Shown piece after piece: positions 52,161-60,489 of a stretch of DNA of 64,000 bases; position 1 is the stretch's first letter, and every line of letters begins with the position of its first letter. A program made the translations under genes and the position numbers. The DNA is taken from assembly GCA_963749115.1 (NCBI GenBank), contig CAVVLP010000010.1, positions 254,366 through 318,365 of the forward strand, read 5' to 3'. A model generated the notes under the pieces. The model was given only the letters and a program-made list of their open reading frames with translations. It was not told the origin of the DNA and did not search any database. Source of the stretch: an uncultured Gammaproteobacteria bacterium. GTDB taxonomy: Bacteria > Pseudomonadota > Gammaproteobacteria > Xanthomonadales > SZUA-36.

Positions 52161-52407
52161 ACAATGTCACCTCTTCGTCTCGCGACCGCCGAACAGAGAT
52201 CAACCGGATTTTTCCGTTTCTGTAAGTGATTACAGCGGACCAGTGTTTCTGGTCAATAATGCCGATTTCGAGAAACCGTGGCTCATCCAGAGTTTTCGCA
52301 GGAACCTCTAGTAAGCTCGAATCATCCCAAAGAGCTTGGGCCGCAGTGAAATCTATACCGTGTTTTTGAAGATTGGACTGACTCTTTGATTCATCAAATT
52401 CGAGCAT
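52150..52407 (-). CDS. brnT: BrnT-family (DUF497) toxin
   Basis: MLEFDESKSQSNLQKHGIDFTAAQALWDD...IRLISVRRSRDEEVTLYES. Confidence 0.8.
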   Translation of the reverse strand: MLEFDESKSQSNLQKHGIDFTAAQALWDDSSLLEVPAKTLDEPRFLEIGIIDQKHWSAVITYRNGKIRLISVRRSRDEEVTLYES

Positions 52408-52550
52408 GGTATAGTTATTATACCTTTATTAAGCTTGGCGCTAAAGATTCCGAGGCATTTAACGCCGAGCTCTGCGGTAAATTTGGAGCGCAGCGCAAAA
52501 TTTAACCGACAGCAGCGCCTTGCTTGCTGCCTCTGTGCAGACGGAAAGAT

Positions 52551-52958
52551 CTAGTTTTCACTACTTGCCCCGGGCTTATGAAACTCAAGCACATTTCCAT
52601 CAGGGTCGCGGACAAAAAAGTAATGAGCTCCACCAAATTTTACACTTTCGGTAATCTCAATCCCAAGTTCTTCAAGTTGATGCTCTACATTTTCAGGATT
52701 ATTAATTTCAAGAGCGACGTGTGTGTAACCAGCGTGTTTGATAGCGTCGTCCATTAACACATTCTTGGGTGAGGCATCGTCTGATACATTGATAATCAGA
52801 TTAATGTTCACACCTGAAGGGTGTTCCATTATTGCTACCGGCTCGGGTCCAACAGGACCAATAATGAACTTAAATCCGAGTTTTTCATAAAATTCTCGAG
52901 AAACGTTCAGATCTCTGATGCGTAAACCAATATGGTTAATTCGAATTATTTCTTTCAT
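52551..52958 (-). CDS. VOC/glyoxalase-family protein
   Basis: Trimmed to MKEIIRINHIGLRIRDLNVSREFYEKLGF. C-terminal YFFVRDPDGNVLEF. Confidence 0.8.
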   Translation of the reverse strand: MKEIIRINHIGLRIRDLNVSREFYEKLGFKFIIGPVGPEPVAIMEHPSGVNINLIINVSDDASPKNVLMDDAIKHAGYTHVALEINNPENVEHQLEELGIEITESVKFGGAHYFFVRDPDGNVLEFHKPGASSEN

Positions 52959-53021
52959 ATTTACTCCACTTTCAAGTCTAACTGTTGTCGACACTTGGCC
53001 CGACTATTACTTACGTTAATT

Positions 53022-53270
53022 TCAATTGACCAATTTATCGGTAATTCGATTAACGATAGGAGTCATCACAAGTACTGCCGGATAAGCTACAATAAATCTC
53101 ACAACCCAAGCAGATAACCAGCGTTTTGCAAAGCTTTTTTCAATACCGGTATTCATAACGGTCATTACCAGTGAAATAACAAAGCTCATTCCAAGTACCA
53201 TTAAGATACTGAATACTCTGTTCTTGTGTCTCCGGCTGACCTTCACTTTGACAGTTTCACCTTTAACCAC
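53022..53270 (-). CDS. DUF2798-like small membrane protein
   Basis: FSILMVLGMSFVISLVMTVMNTGIEKSFAKRWLSAWVVRFIVAYPAVLVMTPIV. Confidence 0.6.
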   Translation of the reverse strand: MVKGETVKVKVSRRHKNRVFSILMVLGMSFVISLVMTVMNTGIEKSFAKRWLSAWVVRFIVAYPAVLVMTPIVNRITDKLVN

Positions 53271-54127
53271 TCATCGAATGGTGTAAATGGAGTTGATATT
53301 ATTTCACTGCCTGCATCAAGGCTTTCACTGGAGCCAGGCCCCATATAGGTATGATCTTCGAAATAACCAAGCATCTGGCCAATTTCTGCTGCTCCTGGGA
53401 AAAAGCTGGTAAAGGTCTCTTGCGGTACCTGTACCGCAAAATACTCTTCCCCTGCTTGGTTAAACGCATTAACTATATCTAAGAAGCTGTATAAGCCTGC
53501 AGCCATTGAAAGTGTTTTTCCATTACTCTTATCTGGGTTTGAAAAAACACTGTCTACCAGATTTCCAATCTCTTCAATGGCTCCCATGTGAATCACCTTA
53601 GCATTTGGATCTATGGGGATTGCCCATCCCTTAGCACCGTTGCCCAGATCTGATGGGGCCATGTTGCCAATCAGATTTTCGAAATAAAAAGAAGGTTGGA
53701 CTATGGTATGTAACGGGAACTCTGCTGAACGAACAATTGGGTCAATCCGCGCTTTATTGGTAAAGTGTGGCACCTTCCATTTCCCTTTTGAGATCGCCTC
53801 TACATCTGGTAATGATGACCATACGAAATGCTCCACTCCAGCACTCTGAGCAGCATCTATAGCTGCTTTGGCTTGAGCCATTTCGTCAGTTCCTTCCTGC
53901 CAGAAATTGGTTACGACAAAGACACCATATACGCCTTTAAGTGCCTCCAATAAAGACTGCTCATCATCGAGGTTTGCTGCTACGACCTCATCAGCTGGGC
54001 CTTCATATTTGGCGGGGTTCCGTGTTAATGCTCTTACTCGATATTTCCCATTATTTTTAAGATAACGTACTACGGATCCACCCTGTGAACCTGTTGCACC
54101 AAAAACAGCAATTGTTTTAATAGACAT
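53243..54127 (-). CDS. NmrA-family NAD(P)-binding protein
   Basis: Trimmed to MSIKTIAVFGATGSQGGSVVRYL. Divergent from the LysR gene. Confidence 0.8.
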   Translation of the reverse strand: MSIKTIAVFGATGSQGGSVVRYLKNNGKYRVRALTRNPAKYEGPADEVVAANLDDEQSLLEALKGVYGVFVVTNFWQEGTDEMAQAKAAIDAAQSAGVEHFVWSSLPDVEAISKGKWKVPHFTNKARIDPIVRSAEFPLHTIVQPSFYFENLIGNMAPSDLGNGAKGWAIPIDPNAKVIHMGAIEEIGNLVDSVFSNPDKSNGKTLSMAAGLYSFLDIVNAFNQAGEEYFAVQVPQETFTSFFPGAAEIGQMLGYFEDHTYMGPGSSESLDAGSEIISTPFTPFDEWLKVKLSK

Positions 54128-54228
54128 ACTCTCCTCCTCTAAGTTTGTATAGCCTTCACTATAGCAACACTCCTCTGATTTGCGTAGAATGAAATAGAAC
54201 AAATCTGTTTTGCGAAATTAGCAAAGGC

Positions 54229-55083
54229 ATGAGCATGAATATAATTTCAATTCGTACTGTGCTGTTGGCAATTGAATTGGGAAGCCTTTCAGCTGCTGGG
54301 GTACAGTTAGGTGTGCCGGCTTCGACCATCAGTCGGCGAGTGAAAGAGCTTGAAACTGAATTGGGTAGAAGACTCATTGTGCGCAGTGGTCGTGGTGTTC
54401 GTCCGGCGGAAGAAGCAAAAGACACATTGTTGAAATTGAGAAATGTCATATTGGTTGTTGATGACTGTTACGCGCCAGAATCATCCATAACAAGGCTTCG
54501 GGTCACCGCTCCACTTGAAATGACCGTTTCACTCCTTCCTAAAGCCATTCCAAAGTTTCTGAAAAATTTCCCCGACGTTGTCATTGAGCTGTTAGGGGAT
54601 GACCGGATCACAGGGTTAATTGAAGCAGACTTTGATCTTGCTATCCGAACTGGAACGCTTAATGATCCTAACCTTATTGGCAAAAGGCTACGCACAAGCA
54701 GTTTCGTATTGGTAGCATCTCCCTCATTGGCCAAAAAGATCACAAGTGTTCAAGTGCTGGCTTCAACACCCATTTTGGAAATTTCTGGGCCGCCATCTGG
54801 TATTTCTGGTCACTGGAAAGGAGAGCCTTTTAATGCGCACCCACCCGTTCTTGCCAAACTAAATACTTTTACTGCTGCATTGCCATGCTTATTCGCAGGT
54901 TTGGCGTATGCACAGATGCCACCCCATCTCGTTCAAGAATTTCTAGATTCAGGTCGCCTTACAGAGGTCTCTCAGGCAAAACTCGACGACATCCCCATAC
55001 ACGCGCTTTACCCGAAACGCCATCGCAATCAGGAAATTATCAGTGCATTTATTATGGAGATTGAAGCCTTATTTGAAACTTAA
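54229..55083 (+). CDS. LysR-family transcriptional regulator
   Basis: HTH LGSLSAAGVQLGVPASTISRRVKELE. 284 aa. The only plus-strand gene in the array. Confidence 0.85.
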   Translation: MSMNIISIRTVLLAIELGSLSAAGVQLGVPASTISRRVKELETELGRRLIVRSGRGVRPAEEAKDTLLKLRNVILVVDDCYAPESSITRLRVTAPLEMTVSLLPKAIPKFLKNFPDVVIELLGDDRITGLIEADFDLAIRTGTLNDPNLIGKRLRTSSFVLVASPSLAKKITSVQVLASTPILEISGPPSGISGHWKGEPFNAHPPVLAKLNTFTAALPCLFAGLAYAQMPPHLVQEFLDSGRLTEVSQAKLDDIPIHALYPKRHRNQEIISAFIMEIEALFET

Positions 55084-55118
55084 CTCTTGAGCGGATCTTA
55101 TTTTTGAGCACGTTCTGC

Positions 55119-55181
55119 AGCTAACGTTTGAGTTAAGCGGCGCCTGCGCAGCAGGCGTCCGTGTTTAATGATTTGTTATGT
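55119..55181 (-). other. attC site (63 bp, short class)
   Basis: AGCTAAC GTTTGAGTTAAGCGGCG CCTGC-GCA-GCAGG CGTCCGTGTTTAATGATTT GTTATGT. Confidence 0.8.
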
Positions 55182-55185
55182 GATA

Positions 55186-55407
55186 CTACGAAGCCCACTT
55201 TAACTCCAGCTTCTTTTCGGAAATTGCGCAGTCCCTAAGATAAAGGTTGATTAGACTCTGGTAGGGTACACCTACTTCTTCAGACAATTTTTTGAAGTAT
55301 TCAATTGTTGGTTTATCAAGCCTAATCGTTACCTGGCTTTTTAAGGCCTTTGCATAAGGATTGGGTTTAGCATCTGAAAAATCGTATTCGTCTCGCATAA
55401 TTATCAC
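55186..55407 (-). CDS. brnA: BrnA-family antitoxin
   Basis: DEYDFSDAKPNPYAKALKSQVTIRLDKPTIEYFKKLSEEVGVPYQSLINLYLRDC. Confidence 0.8.
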   Translation of the reverse strand: MIIMRDEYDFSDAKPNPYAKALKSQVTIRLDKPTIEYFKKLSEEVGVPYQSLINLYLRDCAISEKKLELKWAS

Positions 55408-55688
55408 CGTCTATACAGGGACATTTCTCTCCGGTTAGCTTTGCGGCAAGAAATGACACGAACCAGGCCATGATCGGCCTCAAAACAATGACAAACTAGC
55501 AATAGTCTGAGTTTGGCACTGAGTCCCAGGAGCACAAATCGGTCTTCGGTTTCCGAATGATCAGGGTCTGCGATTAATAGCGCATATTCATCGAAAAAGA
55601 CTGACCTCGCCTCTTCGAAGGATATTCCATGTTTCCGAACGTTGGCCTTATTCTTTGCCTCGTTCCATTCAAACTGGATCACCTTCAT
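55404..55688 (-). CDS. brnT: BrnT-family toxin
   Basis: FEWNEAKNKANVRKHGISFEEARSVFFDE...RVISCRKANRREMSLY. Confidence 0.85.
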   Translation of the reverse strand: MKVIQFEWNEAKNKANVRKHGISFEEARSVFFDEYALLIADPDHSETEDRFVLLGLSAKLRLLLVCHCFEADHGLVRVISCRKANRREMSLYRR

Positions 55689-55728
55689 AGACTACATTGT
55701 AATTACAATGTACGCACGACGCAAATTC

Positions 55729-55791
55729 ACATAACGTCTGAATTAACCGGCGCCTGCGTAGCAGGTGTCCGCGTTTAATGATTTGTTATGC
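55729..55791 (-). other. attC site (63 bp, short class)
   Basis: ACATAAC GTCTGAATTAACCGGCG CCTGC-GTA-GCAGG TGTCCGCGTTTAATGATTT GTTATGC. Confidence 0.8.
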
Positions 55792-56046
55792 CGCGTTGGC
55801 ACTTTCAACTTCCCAGCCTGGAAAGACCAGAACTGCGGGATGACACTCAAGCACTTTTGCCAGAGTTTTGGCACGCTCAACACCCAGATTGATTCGATCA
55901 TTCTCAATAGCAGAAATTGTTGATTGAGGAATCCCTGAGTTTTTTGCCAATTCATTCTGACTCATCCCTTGCAGTTCACGAATGATCCTTACAGACTCAC
56001 CAACGGATACATCAACTCTCTTTCTTGCAGGTTCAAAGTTTCTCAT
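55786..56046 (-). CDS. XRE-family HTH antitoxin (HigA-like)
   Basis: IRELQGMSQNELAKNSGIPQSTISAIENDRINLGVERAKTLAKVL. Confidence 0.75.
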   Translation of the reverse strand: MRNFEPARKRVDVSVGESVRIIRELQGMSQNELAKNSGIPQSTISAIENDRINLGVERAKTLAKVLECHPAVLVFPGWEVESANAA

Positions 56047-56047
56047 G

Positions 56048-56329
56048 TCATTTCTTCCGATAATCATGCGGTGTTAGATCGACAACCTTTATTAGGATTT
56101 CCAAAGCCTCAATTTTATAAATAACTCGATATTTGTGCCCCAGTCTGGATGACCTGAACCCCTTCCACTGTCCACCAAGAGGTTCATCCCGAAATCCGCG
56201 AATTAGTCCGAGGCCTTCTGGGCCGCTAATAGCAACGATGTCTTTCCATTTCTCATATCGCTTCAATATCGCTACGGGTAATTTCTTAAAACGTTTGTTA
56301 AGACTCTTGTGTTCGAGGATTCTCCACAT
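56048..56329 (-). CDS. RelE/ParE-superfamily (HigB-like) toxin
   Basis: FRDEPLGGQWKGFRSSRLGHKYRVIYKIEALEILIKVVDLTPHDY. Immediately upstream of the XRE antitoxin. Confidence 0.75.
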   Translation of the reverse strand: MWRILEHKSLNKRFKKLPVAILKRYEKWKDIVAISGPEGLGLIRGFRDEPLGGQWKGFRSSRLGHKYRVIYKIEALEILIKVVDLTPHDYRKK

Positions 56330-56381
56330 ACTAAATATAGTATATATACCAATTATAGTATTGGCAAGAATTCGGTCAGCA

Positions 56382-56442
56382 ACATAACGTCTAAATTAAC
56401 CGGCGTGGCTTTGCCACTTCCGCGTTTAGTGCCTTGTTATGC
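56382..56442 (-). other. attC site (61 bp, short class)
   Basis: ACATAAC GTCTAAATTAACCGGCG TGGC-TTT-GCCA CTTCCGCGTTTAGTGCCTT GTTATGC. Confidence 0.8.
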
Positions 56443-56444
56443 AT

Positions 56445-57029
56445 TTATTTGCATCCATTGTGTTTTTTCCACATTTCTGCATTATGTCCTTCTGGGATAC
56501 TCTGGCAGGGGTCCTTGGAGTAACCTCTTAATTCGTTGTACAAGATGATTTGTTCATTTGTAAGTATGTTTGGGGTTTGCAGGTGTGTTGATAAATGAAC
56601 CACCCTCAAATTTGCCCGAACATTTTCAATTTTTTGAACAGACTTTTCTAATATTGGTTGGTTTATTGTTCTGTTAGCAAAATTGTTGTTTAACTCCATT
56701 TCAAGACGAATTAATTGCTCTCCAAGATTAACAGCTTCAGCTTTCATGTCATTGTAGATTTTCTGAATTTCTTTTTCCTGCTCATCGGTAAGATGTATTT
56801 CATCTTTCATTTCTAAGATGTGTGCCGGTCCTGGAAAACCATTCAGCTCGGCTGCTTTTGCCAACCCCCATCCGCCTCCTTTTTTTAGCTCATCAATATC
56901 ATCAGGTGATAGACTCCTGATTTTTCTATGCTCTTGACCCACATATTTAGATTTATAGTCCACCTCGGCAGATGTTGATGATGAAAGTATAATTACAATA
57001 AAAACGACTACGCTAAACCAATATTTCAT
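56445..57029 (-). CDS. secreted Spy/CpxP-like (LTxxQ motif) protein
   Basis: Trimmed to MKYWFSVVVFIVIILSSSTSA (signal peptide). HLTDEQEKEIQ and ILTNEQIILYNEL motifs. Confidence 0.55.
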   Translation of the reverse strand: MKYWFSVVVFIVIILSSSTSAEVDYKSKYVGQEHRKIRSLSPDDIDELKKGGGWGLAKAAELNGFPGPAHILEMKDEIHLTDEQEKEIQKIYNDMKAEAVNLGEQLIRLEMELNNNFANRTINQPILEKSVQKIENVRANLRVVHLSTHLQTPNILTNEQIILYNELRGYSKDPCQSIPEGHNAEMWKKHNGCK

Positions 57030-57058
57030 ATTCGCTTTCAATTCCCAATTTGTCTGAT

Positions 57059-57154
57059 GCATAACGTTTGAGTTAAGCGGCGCAGAAAGGCGCAGCATTT
57101 TTGCGTCCGGTGGAGGGCCGTAGCGCCGGAACGAACTTGAACGTTTTGTTATGC
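57059..57154 (-). other. attC site (96 bp, long class)
   Basis: GCATAACGTTTGAGTTAAGCGGCG...GTCCGGTGGAG...CGCCGGAACGAACTTGAACGTTTTGTTATGC. Confidence 0.8.
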
Positions 57155-57424
57155 ATTTTTCTCCGCAAAACGGCCCGTTACATACTTGTGCAAAACACTA
57201 GACATAAGTGTTTGGTACGGCAATCCCTCAATAAGAGCTCTCTCTTGCAGTAACACTAAATCCAATTCTGATATGCGAATATTTACGCGTTTGTCTTTCT
57301 TAAAGGTGGCCTTGGCTGCCGCCTTATATTTTGCAATATTTGCTGGTTTTGAGACGGAAACCCATTCGTCTTTTTCATAAGACTCAAGGATTTCCTTCTC
57401 TTCTTTATTTAACTTCTTACTCAT
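57149..57424 (-). CDS. antitoxin partner of the BrnT-family toxin (RHH/BrnA-like)
   Basis: KRVNIRISELDLVLLQERALIEGLPYQTLMSSVLHKYVTG. Lies 5 nt downstream of the toxin gene. Confidence 0.7.
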   Translation of the reverse strand: MSKKLNKEEKEILESYEKDEWVSVSKPANIAKYKAAAKATFKKDKRVNIRISELDLVLLQERALIEGLPYQTLMSSVLHKYVTGRFAEKNA

Positions 57425-57429
57425 TACAT

Positions 57430-57702
57430 TTACACCTCGAGATATTTTCTAGTGGCCTTGCGGCTCGGAATAATAGTCTTTAGAAATATCTCAGTTTCAG
57501 TCTCAACAAATGGAACCAGGTACGCATAGTTACCTATGTCCAATATGAACATACGCTGGTTTGGATATTTAGATGAATTCGGGTGTTTGACAACATCCAG
57601 GATTTCATCTCGTTCAATATGAAAAATCACACGCTCAAATGATATCCCTCGTTCCCGGATCAACTGGGCATTCTTTTCAGAATTCCATACAAAATAGCGC
57701 AT
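57430..57702 (-). CDS. BrnT-family (DUF497) toxin
   Basis: MRYFVWNSEKNAQLIRERGISFERVIFHI...LKTIIPSRKATRKY. Confidence 0.75.
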   Translation of the reverse strand: MRYFVWNSEKNAQLIRERGISFERVIFHIERDEILDVVKHPNSSKYPNQRMFILDIGNYAYLVPFVETETEIFLKTIIPSRKATRKYLEV

Positions 57703-57746
57703 GCATATAATTTATCACATTGTGTGCCTTTTGTAATCACTAGTAT

Positions 57747-57834
57747 GCATAAAGTCTGCCTTCAACCGCCTATTTGGAGCGAAAGACCGAAGCGAAGTAG
57801 CGGAAAATGGGTCGGCTGGAAGGCATTGTTATGC
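57747..57834 (-). other. attC site (88 bp, divergent)
   Basis: GCATAAAGTCTGCCTTCAACCGCC...GGGTCGGCTGGAAGGCATTGTTATGC. Confidence 0.7.
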
Positions 57835-58308
57835 CTCAGCTTTACGGAGTTTAAGCACCCTGCGTAGTAAAAAAATGCAGAGGACTATTGAGAATATAAA
57901 GTACAGATGGACAATGACGGACGGTTGACTCGCGAGCAAATCAGACACGTCTGTGCCTTCCCGCCAGAACCCACCTTGGTAGTTGTATGCCAAATCAACC
58001 AGGGGTGAGACTAATCCGACGAATACTGCGGGTAGCCACAAACGGCGGTGGACGCTCATATTCATCAAAATGAGATAGGCGGCGGTTGCCCAAACAAGCG
58101 CAGAAAAAAATGGGGCGGCATCTATTAGCCATGTCCCGCCATCGCCCCGGATCACATAACCAAAATAGAAGCCAACGTCCTCTCGGATGCCAGGAAACAA
58201 GCGGACCTCCCTGAGTTCCACGCCTTGAAGTAAAGCGGTTAATGCATGCGAACCCTCGTGACGAAAGGTAGTCACCAAAATTAGTAATGCTGCGAGAATT
58301 AGGGGCAT
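57829..58308 (-). CDS. polytopic membrane protein with HExxH motif (putative M50B-like metalloprotease)
   Basis: Trimmed to MPLILAALLILVTTFRHEGSHALTALLQG. About 4 TM segments. Confidence 0.5.
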   Translation of the reverse strand: MPLILAALLILVTTFRHEGSHALTALLQGVELREVRLFPGIREDVGFYFGYVIRGDGGTWLIDAAPFFSALVWATAAYLILMNMSVHRRLWLPAVFVGLVSPLVDLAYNYQGGFWREGTDVSDLLASQPSVIVHLYFIFSIVLCIFLLRRVLKLRKAEA

Positions 58309-58329
58309 TATTTGTCCTTCGCAATTGAG

Positions 58330-58421
58330 GCATAACGTCTTAGTTAAGCGGCGTAAAACTGCGCAGCAGTGTCCGGTGGAGCCGCGTTGCTGCCGGAACG
58401 TACTTGAACGTTTTGTTATGC
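58330..58421 (-). other. attC site (92 bp, long class)
   Basis: GCATAACGTCTTAGTTAAGCGGCG...GTCCGGTGGAG...GCCGGAACGTACTTGAACGTTTTGTTATGC. Confidence 0.8.
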
Positions 58422-58640
58422 CTGCTTTGCCCAAGTAAGGTTGATTTTTCGATGATTGGAGACACAGTCTTTCAAGTACAAATTAATTAGGCTCTGGTAC
58501 GGGATGCCAGTATCTTCTGACATTGTTTTGAAGTAGCTAATTACATCCTGGCCCATACGAATGGTAACCTGCTTCTTGAGTTTTGAAGCATATGGATTCT
58601 TTCGGCTTTTCATTTTTGAAAAATCATATTCAGCTTTCAT
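58416..58640 (-). CDS. brnA: BrnA-family antitoxin
   Basis: YDFSKMKSRKNPYASKLKKQVTIRMGQDVISYFKTMSEDTGIPYQSLINLYLKDC. Confidence 0.8.
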   Translation of the reverse strand: MKAEYDFSKMKSRKNPYASKLKKQVTIRMGQDVISYFKTMSEDTGIPYQSLINLYLKDCVSNHRKINLTWAKQA

Positions 58641-58644
58641 ATTC

Positions 58645-58923
58645 TCACCTACGATAAAATTTACGCTCAGCTGCAGTGGCTTTCCGTGCTGATATGAGTC
58701 GAATTACAGAACCTGATTTTCGTTCGCAATGACAAACGACAAGAACTTGAGGCTTAATACTCATACCAAGCAAAATAAATCGTTCTTCCTGACCTGAGTG
58801 TTCTTCATCATCGTACTGTGTTGCATAATCATCGAAGAACACTGATTGGGCTTCTTCAAATGAAACGCCGTGTTTCTTTTGATTTGCTTTGTCCTTCCTT
58901 GGATCCCAATCAAACTTAAGCAT
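58645..58923 (-). CDS. brnT: BrnT-family toxin
   Basis: FDWDPRKDKANQKKHGVSFEEAQSVFFDD...IRLISARKATAAERKFY. Confidence 0.85.
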   Translation of the reverse strand: MLKFDWDPRKDKANQKKHGVSFEEAQSVFFDDYATQYDDEEHSGQEERFILLGMSIKPQVLVVCHCERKSGSVIRLISARKATAAERKFYRR

Positions 58924-58964
58924 ACATATATTGTATTTACATTATATGTATACGTCAACTAAAG

Positions 58965-59057
58965 GTATAACGTTTGAATTAACCGGCGCGCCACTGGACG
59001 TTTCCGCGGAAACGCGCCACCGCACTTTCACGCGTCCGGTTGAATGGCTTGTTATAT
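58965..59057 (-). other. attC site (93 bp); identical to 61462-61554 from the ATAAC core onward
   Basis: GTATAACGTTTGAATTAACCGGCGCGCC...GCGTCCGGTTGAATGGCTTGTTATAT. Confidence 0.8.
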
Positions 59058-59075
59058 GACGTGCCCATAATGAGG

Positions 59076-59324
59076 TTACTTTCCAAAATGCTTCTCCAGG
59101 AACTTGTCGGCCAACTCCGTTCCTTCTTCTGTGAAAACGACTGACTTTTGCTTTCCAACAGGATCAAATATCCAGCCTTTCTGGTACAGAATATCCAACA
59201 GATCCCAATCCATTCCTTTCCAGGCGCGAGCGGTTCCCATTTTATTCTGAGTTGCGGTGAGTGACAGAATAGCCAGTGCGGCTTCAGCCAATTTTTCTTC
59301 ATCAAGGGTATTGGAAAATGTCAT
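59076..59324 (-). CDS. small cassette protein (DUF6429-like by memory), copy A
   Basis: GAGGA then MTFSNTLDEEKLAEAALAILSLT...RAWKGMDWDLLDILYQKGWIFDPVGKQKSVVFTEEG. Confidence 0.55.
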   Translation of the reverse strand: MTFSNTLDEEKLAEAALAILSLTATQNKMGTARAWKGMDWDLLDILYQKGWIFDPVGKQKSVVFTEEGTELADKFLEKHFGK

Positions 59325-59358
59325 TGTAAGAATCCTCGTGTCTGAGTTTCCCGTGTTC

Positions 59359-59445
59359 ATATAACGTCTTAGTTAAGCGGCGCAGCGGAGCTGCGTCCGG
59401 TGGAGCCAGCTCGCTGGCGGAACGTACTTGAACGATTTGTTATGC
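59359..59445 (-). other. attC site (87 bp, long class)
   Basis: ATATAACGTCTTAGTTAAGCGGCG...GTCCGGTGGAG...GGCGGAACGTACTTGAACGATTTGTTATGC. Confidence 0.8.
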
Positions 59446-59847
59446 AACTGCCCGCTTACCTGAAATAGACCATAATAAAAACAGTCCAAATGCCACGCCA
59501 AGAGCAGATGGTAGCCGCACCCCCCAAAGTGGCCAGGAACTAAACCAGTCGATGATCTGAATCAGACCCTCAGAGCCGATGACCACAAGAAACACCGCAC
59601 TCGTTAACGCCAGTATGGCAAGGACCCTGAACGTGATTGGTGTGCGAGAAGCCACGGCAGAGAACCACAACAAAACAGCCAGTAGCACACGAGTAGATGC
59701 AGCCCACCATATACCTGAACCGACCATTACCTCGAGGACATAGTTCAAGAGTTCAGACGGGAATACTACGGCGATGGCAGACGCCACCACGATAATTACT
59801 GCAAATATCGCTAGGGCAATTGGCATGTATTTTCTACTTTGATGCAT
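59440..59847 (-). CDS. hypothetical 4-TM membrane protein
   Basis: 135 aa, hydrophobic throughout, occupies the whole cassette. Confidence 0.5.
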   Translation of the reverse strand: MHQSRKYMPIALAIFAVIIVVASAIAVVFPSELLNYVLEVMVGSGIWWAASTRVLLAVLLWFSAVASRTPITFRVLAILALTSAVFLVVIGSEGLIQIIDWFSSWPLWGVRLPSALGVAFGLFLLWSISGKRAVA

Positions 59848-59939
59848 AACGTCTGAATTAACCGGCCGCCGGAGCGCGAAGCGCGGAGGGCACCCGCAAG
59901 CGTAGCTTGCGGGCGGTCCAGTTGACCGAAGGGTTATGC
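59844..59939 (-). other. attC site (96 bp, divergent GC-rich centre)
   Basis: GCATAACGTCTGAATTAACCGGCCGCC...GGTCCAGTTGACCGAAGGGTTATGC. Confidence 0.75.
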
Positions 59940-59948
59940 TCGGCGCAT

Positions 59949-60320
59949 CTACGCCTCAACGATGTCTGCCTTCGTACTTTGCATTAGTGCCACTACTTCC
60001 TTACGTTCAGGCTGAGGGACTTGAAGAGTGTCCAACGTGTCATTGAGGTATCCCAGGAATGCAGACCAATCGCTTTCATTGATTTTCATCCCTTTGTGGG
60101 TGACTTTCATATCTCGACCGGTGTAGTACAGTGGACCGCCTGCACTCGAGCATAGAAAATCAATCAGGATCTGCCGTGAGCGCCTTAGACCATCTTCACC
60201 CCGATGCTGGTAGAAGCGTCCAAGTTGCGCATCCGCTTGCATGCGAGGCAAAAGGTCATTGGCTACTGCAGCGATGGCGTCATACCCGCCGAGTCGTTCA
60301 TAGAGAGTCTTGTTATTCAT
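59949..60320 (-). CDS. group 1 truncated haemoglobin (trHb)
   Basis: LYERLGGYDAIAAVANDLLPRM...FLCSSAGGPLYYTGRDMKVTHKGMKI. Confidence 0.8.
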   Translation of the reverse strand: MNNKTLYERLGGYDAIAAVANDLLPRMQADAQLGRFYQHRGEDGLRRSRQILIDFLCSSAGGPLYYTGRDMKVTHKGMKINESDWSAFLGYLNDTLDTLQVPQPERKEVVALMQSTKADIVEA

Positions 60321-60348
60321 AATTACTCCTCCTGTTGGTTAGGAAAGG

Positions 60349-60444
60349 GCATAACGTTTGAGTTAAGCGGCATAAAAATGCGCAGCATTTTTATGTCCGG
60401 TGGAGGGCCGCAGGCCCGGAACGAACTTGAACGATTTGTTAGGC
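60349..60444 (-). other. attC site (96 bp, long class)
   Basis: GCATAACGTTTGAGTTAAGCGGC...GTCCGGTGGAG...CCCGGAACGAACTTGAACGATTTGTTAGGC. Confidence 0.8.
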
Positions 60445-60489
60445 ATTTACTCCCCCTAACTATCATATCTTTCTCTGTCTGAAACACAT

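Noticed and set aside
52408-52550. Expected attC between the VOC gene and the BrnT gene
   Set aside because: I could not fold it into the R''-L''/L'-R' arms shared by the other 15 sites. It contains only two direct ATTTAAC copies and short hairpins. I left it unannotated as a possible degenerate or atypical attC rather than calling it.
52995-53021. Possible short attC between the VOC and DUF2798 genes (GTCTAAC...GTTAATT around 52975-53030)
   Set aside because: The two halves show no convincing complementarity, the segment is much shorter than any attC here, and it overlaps coding sequence.
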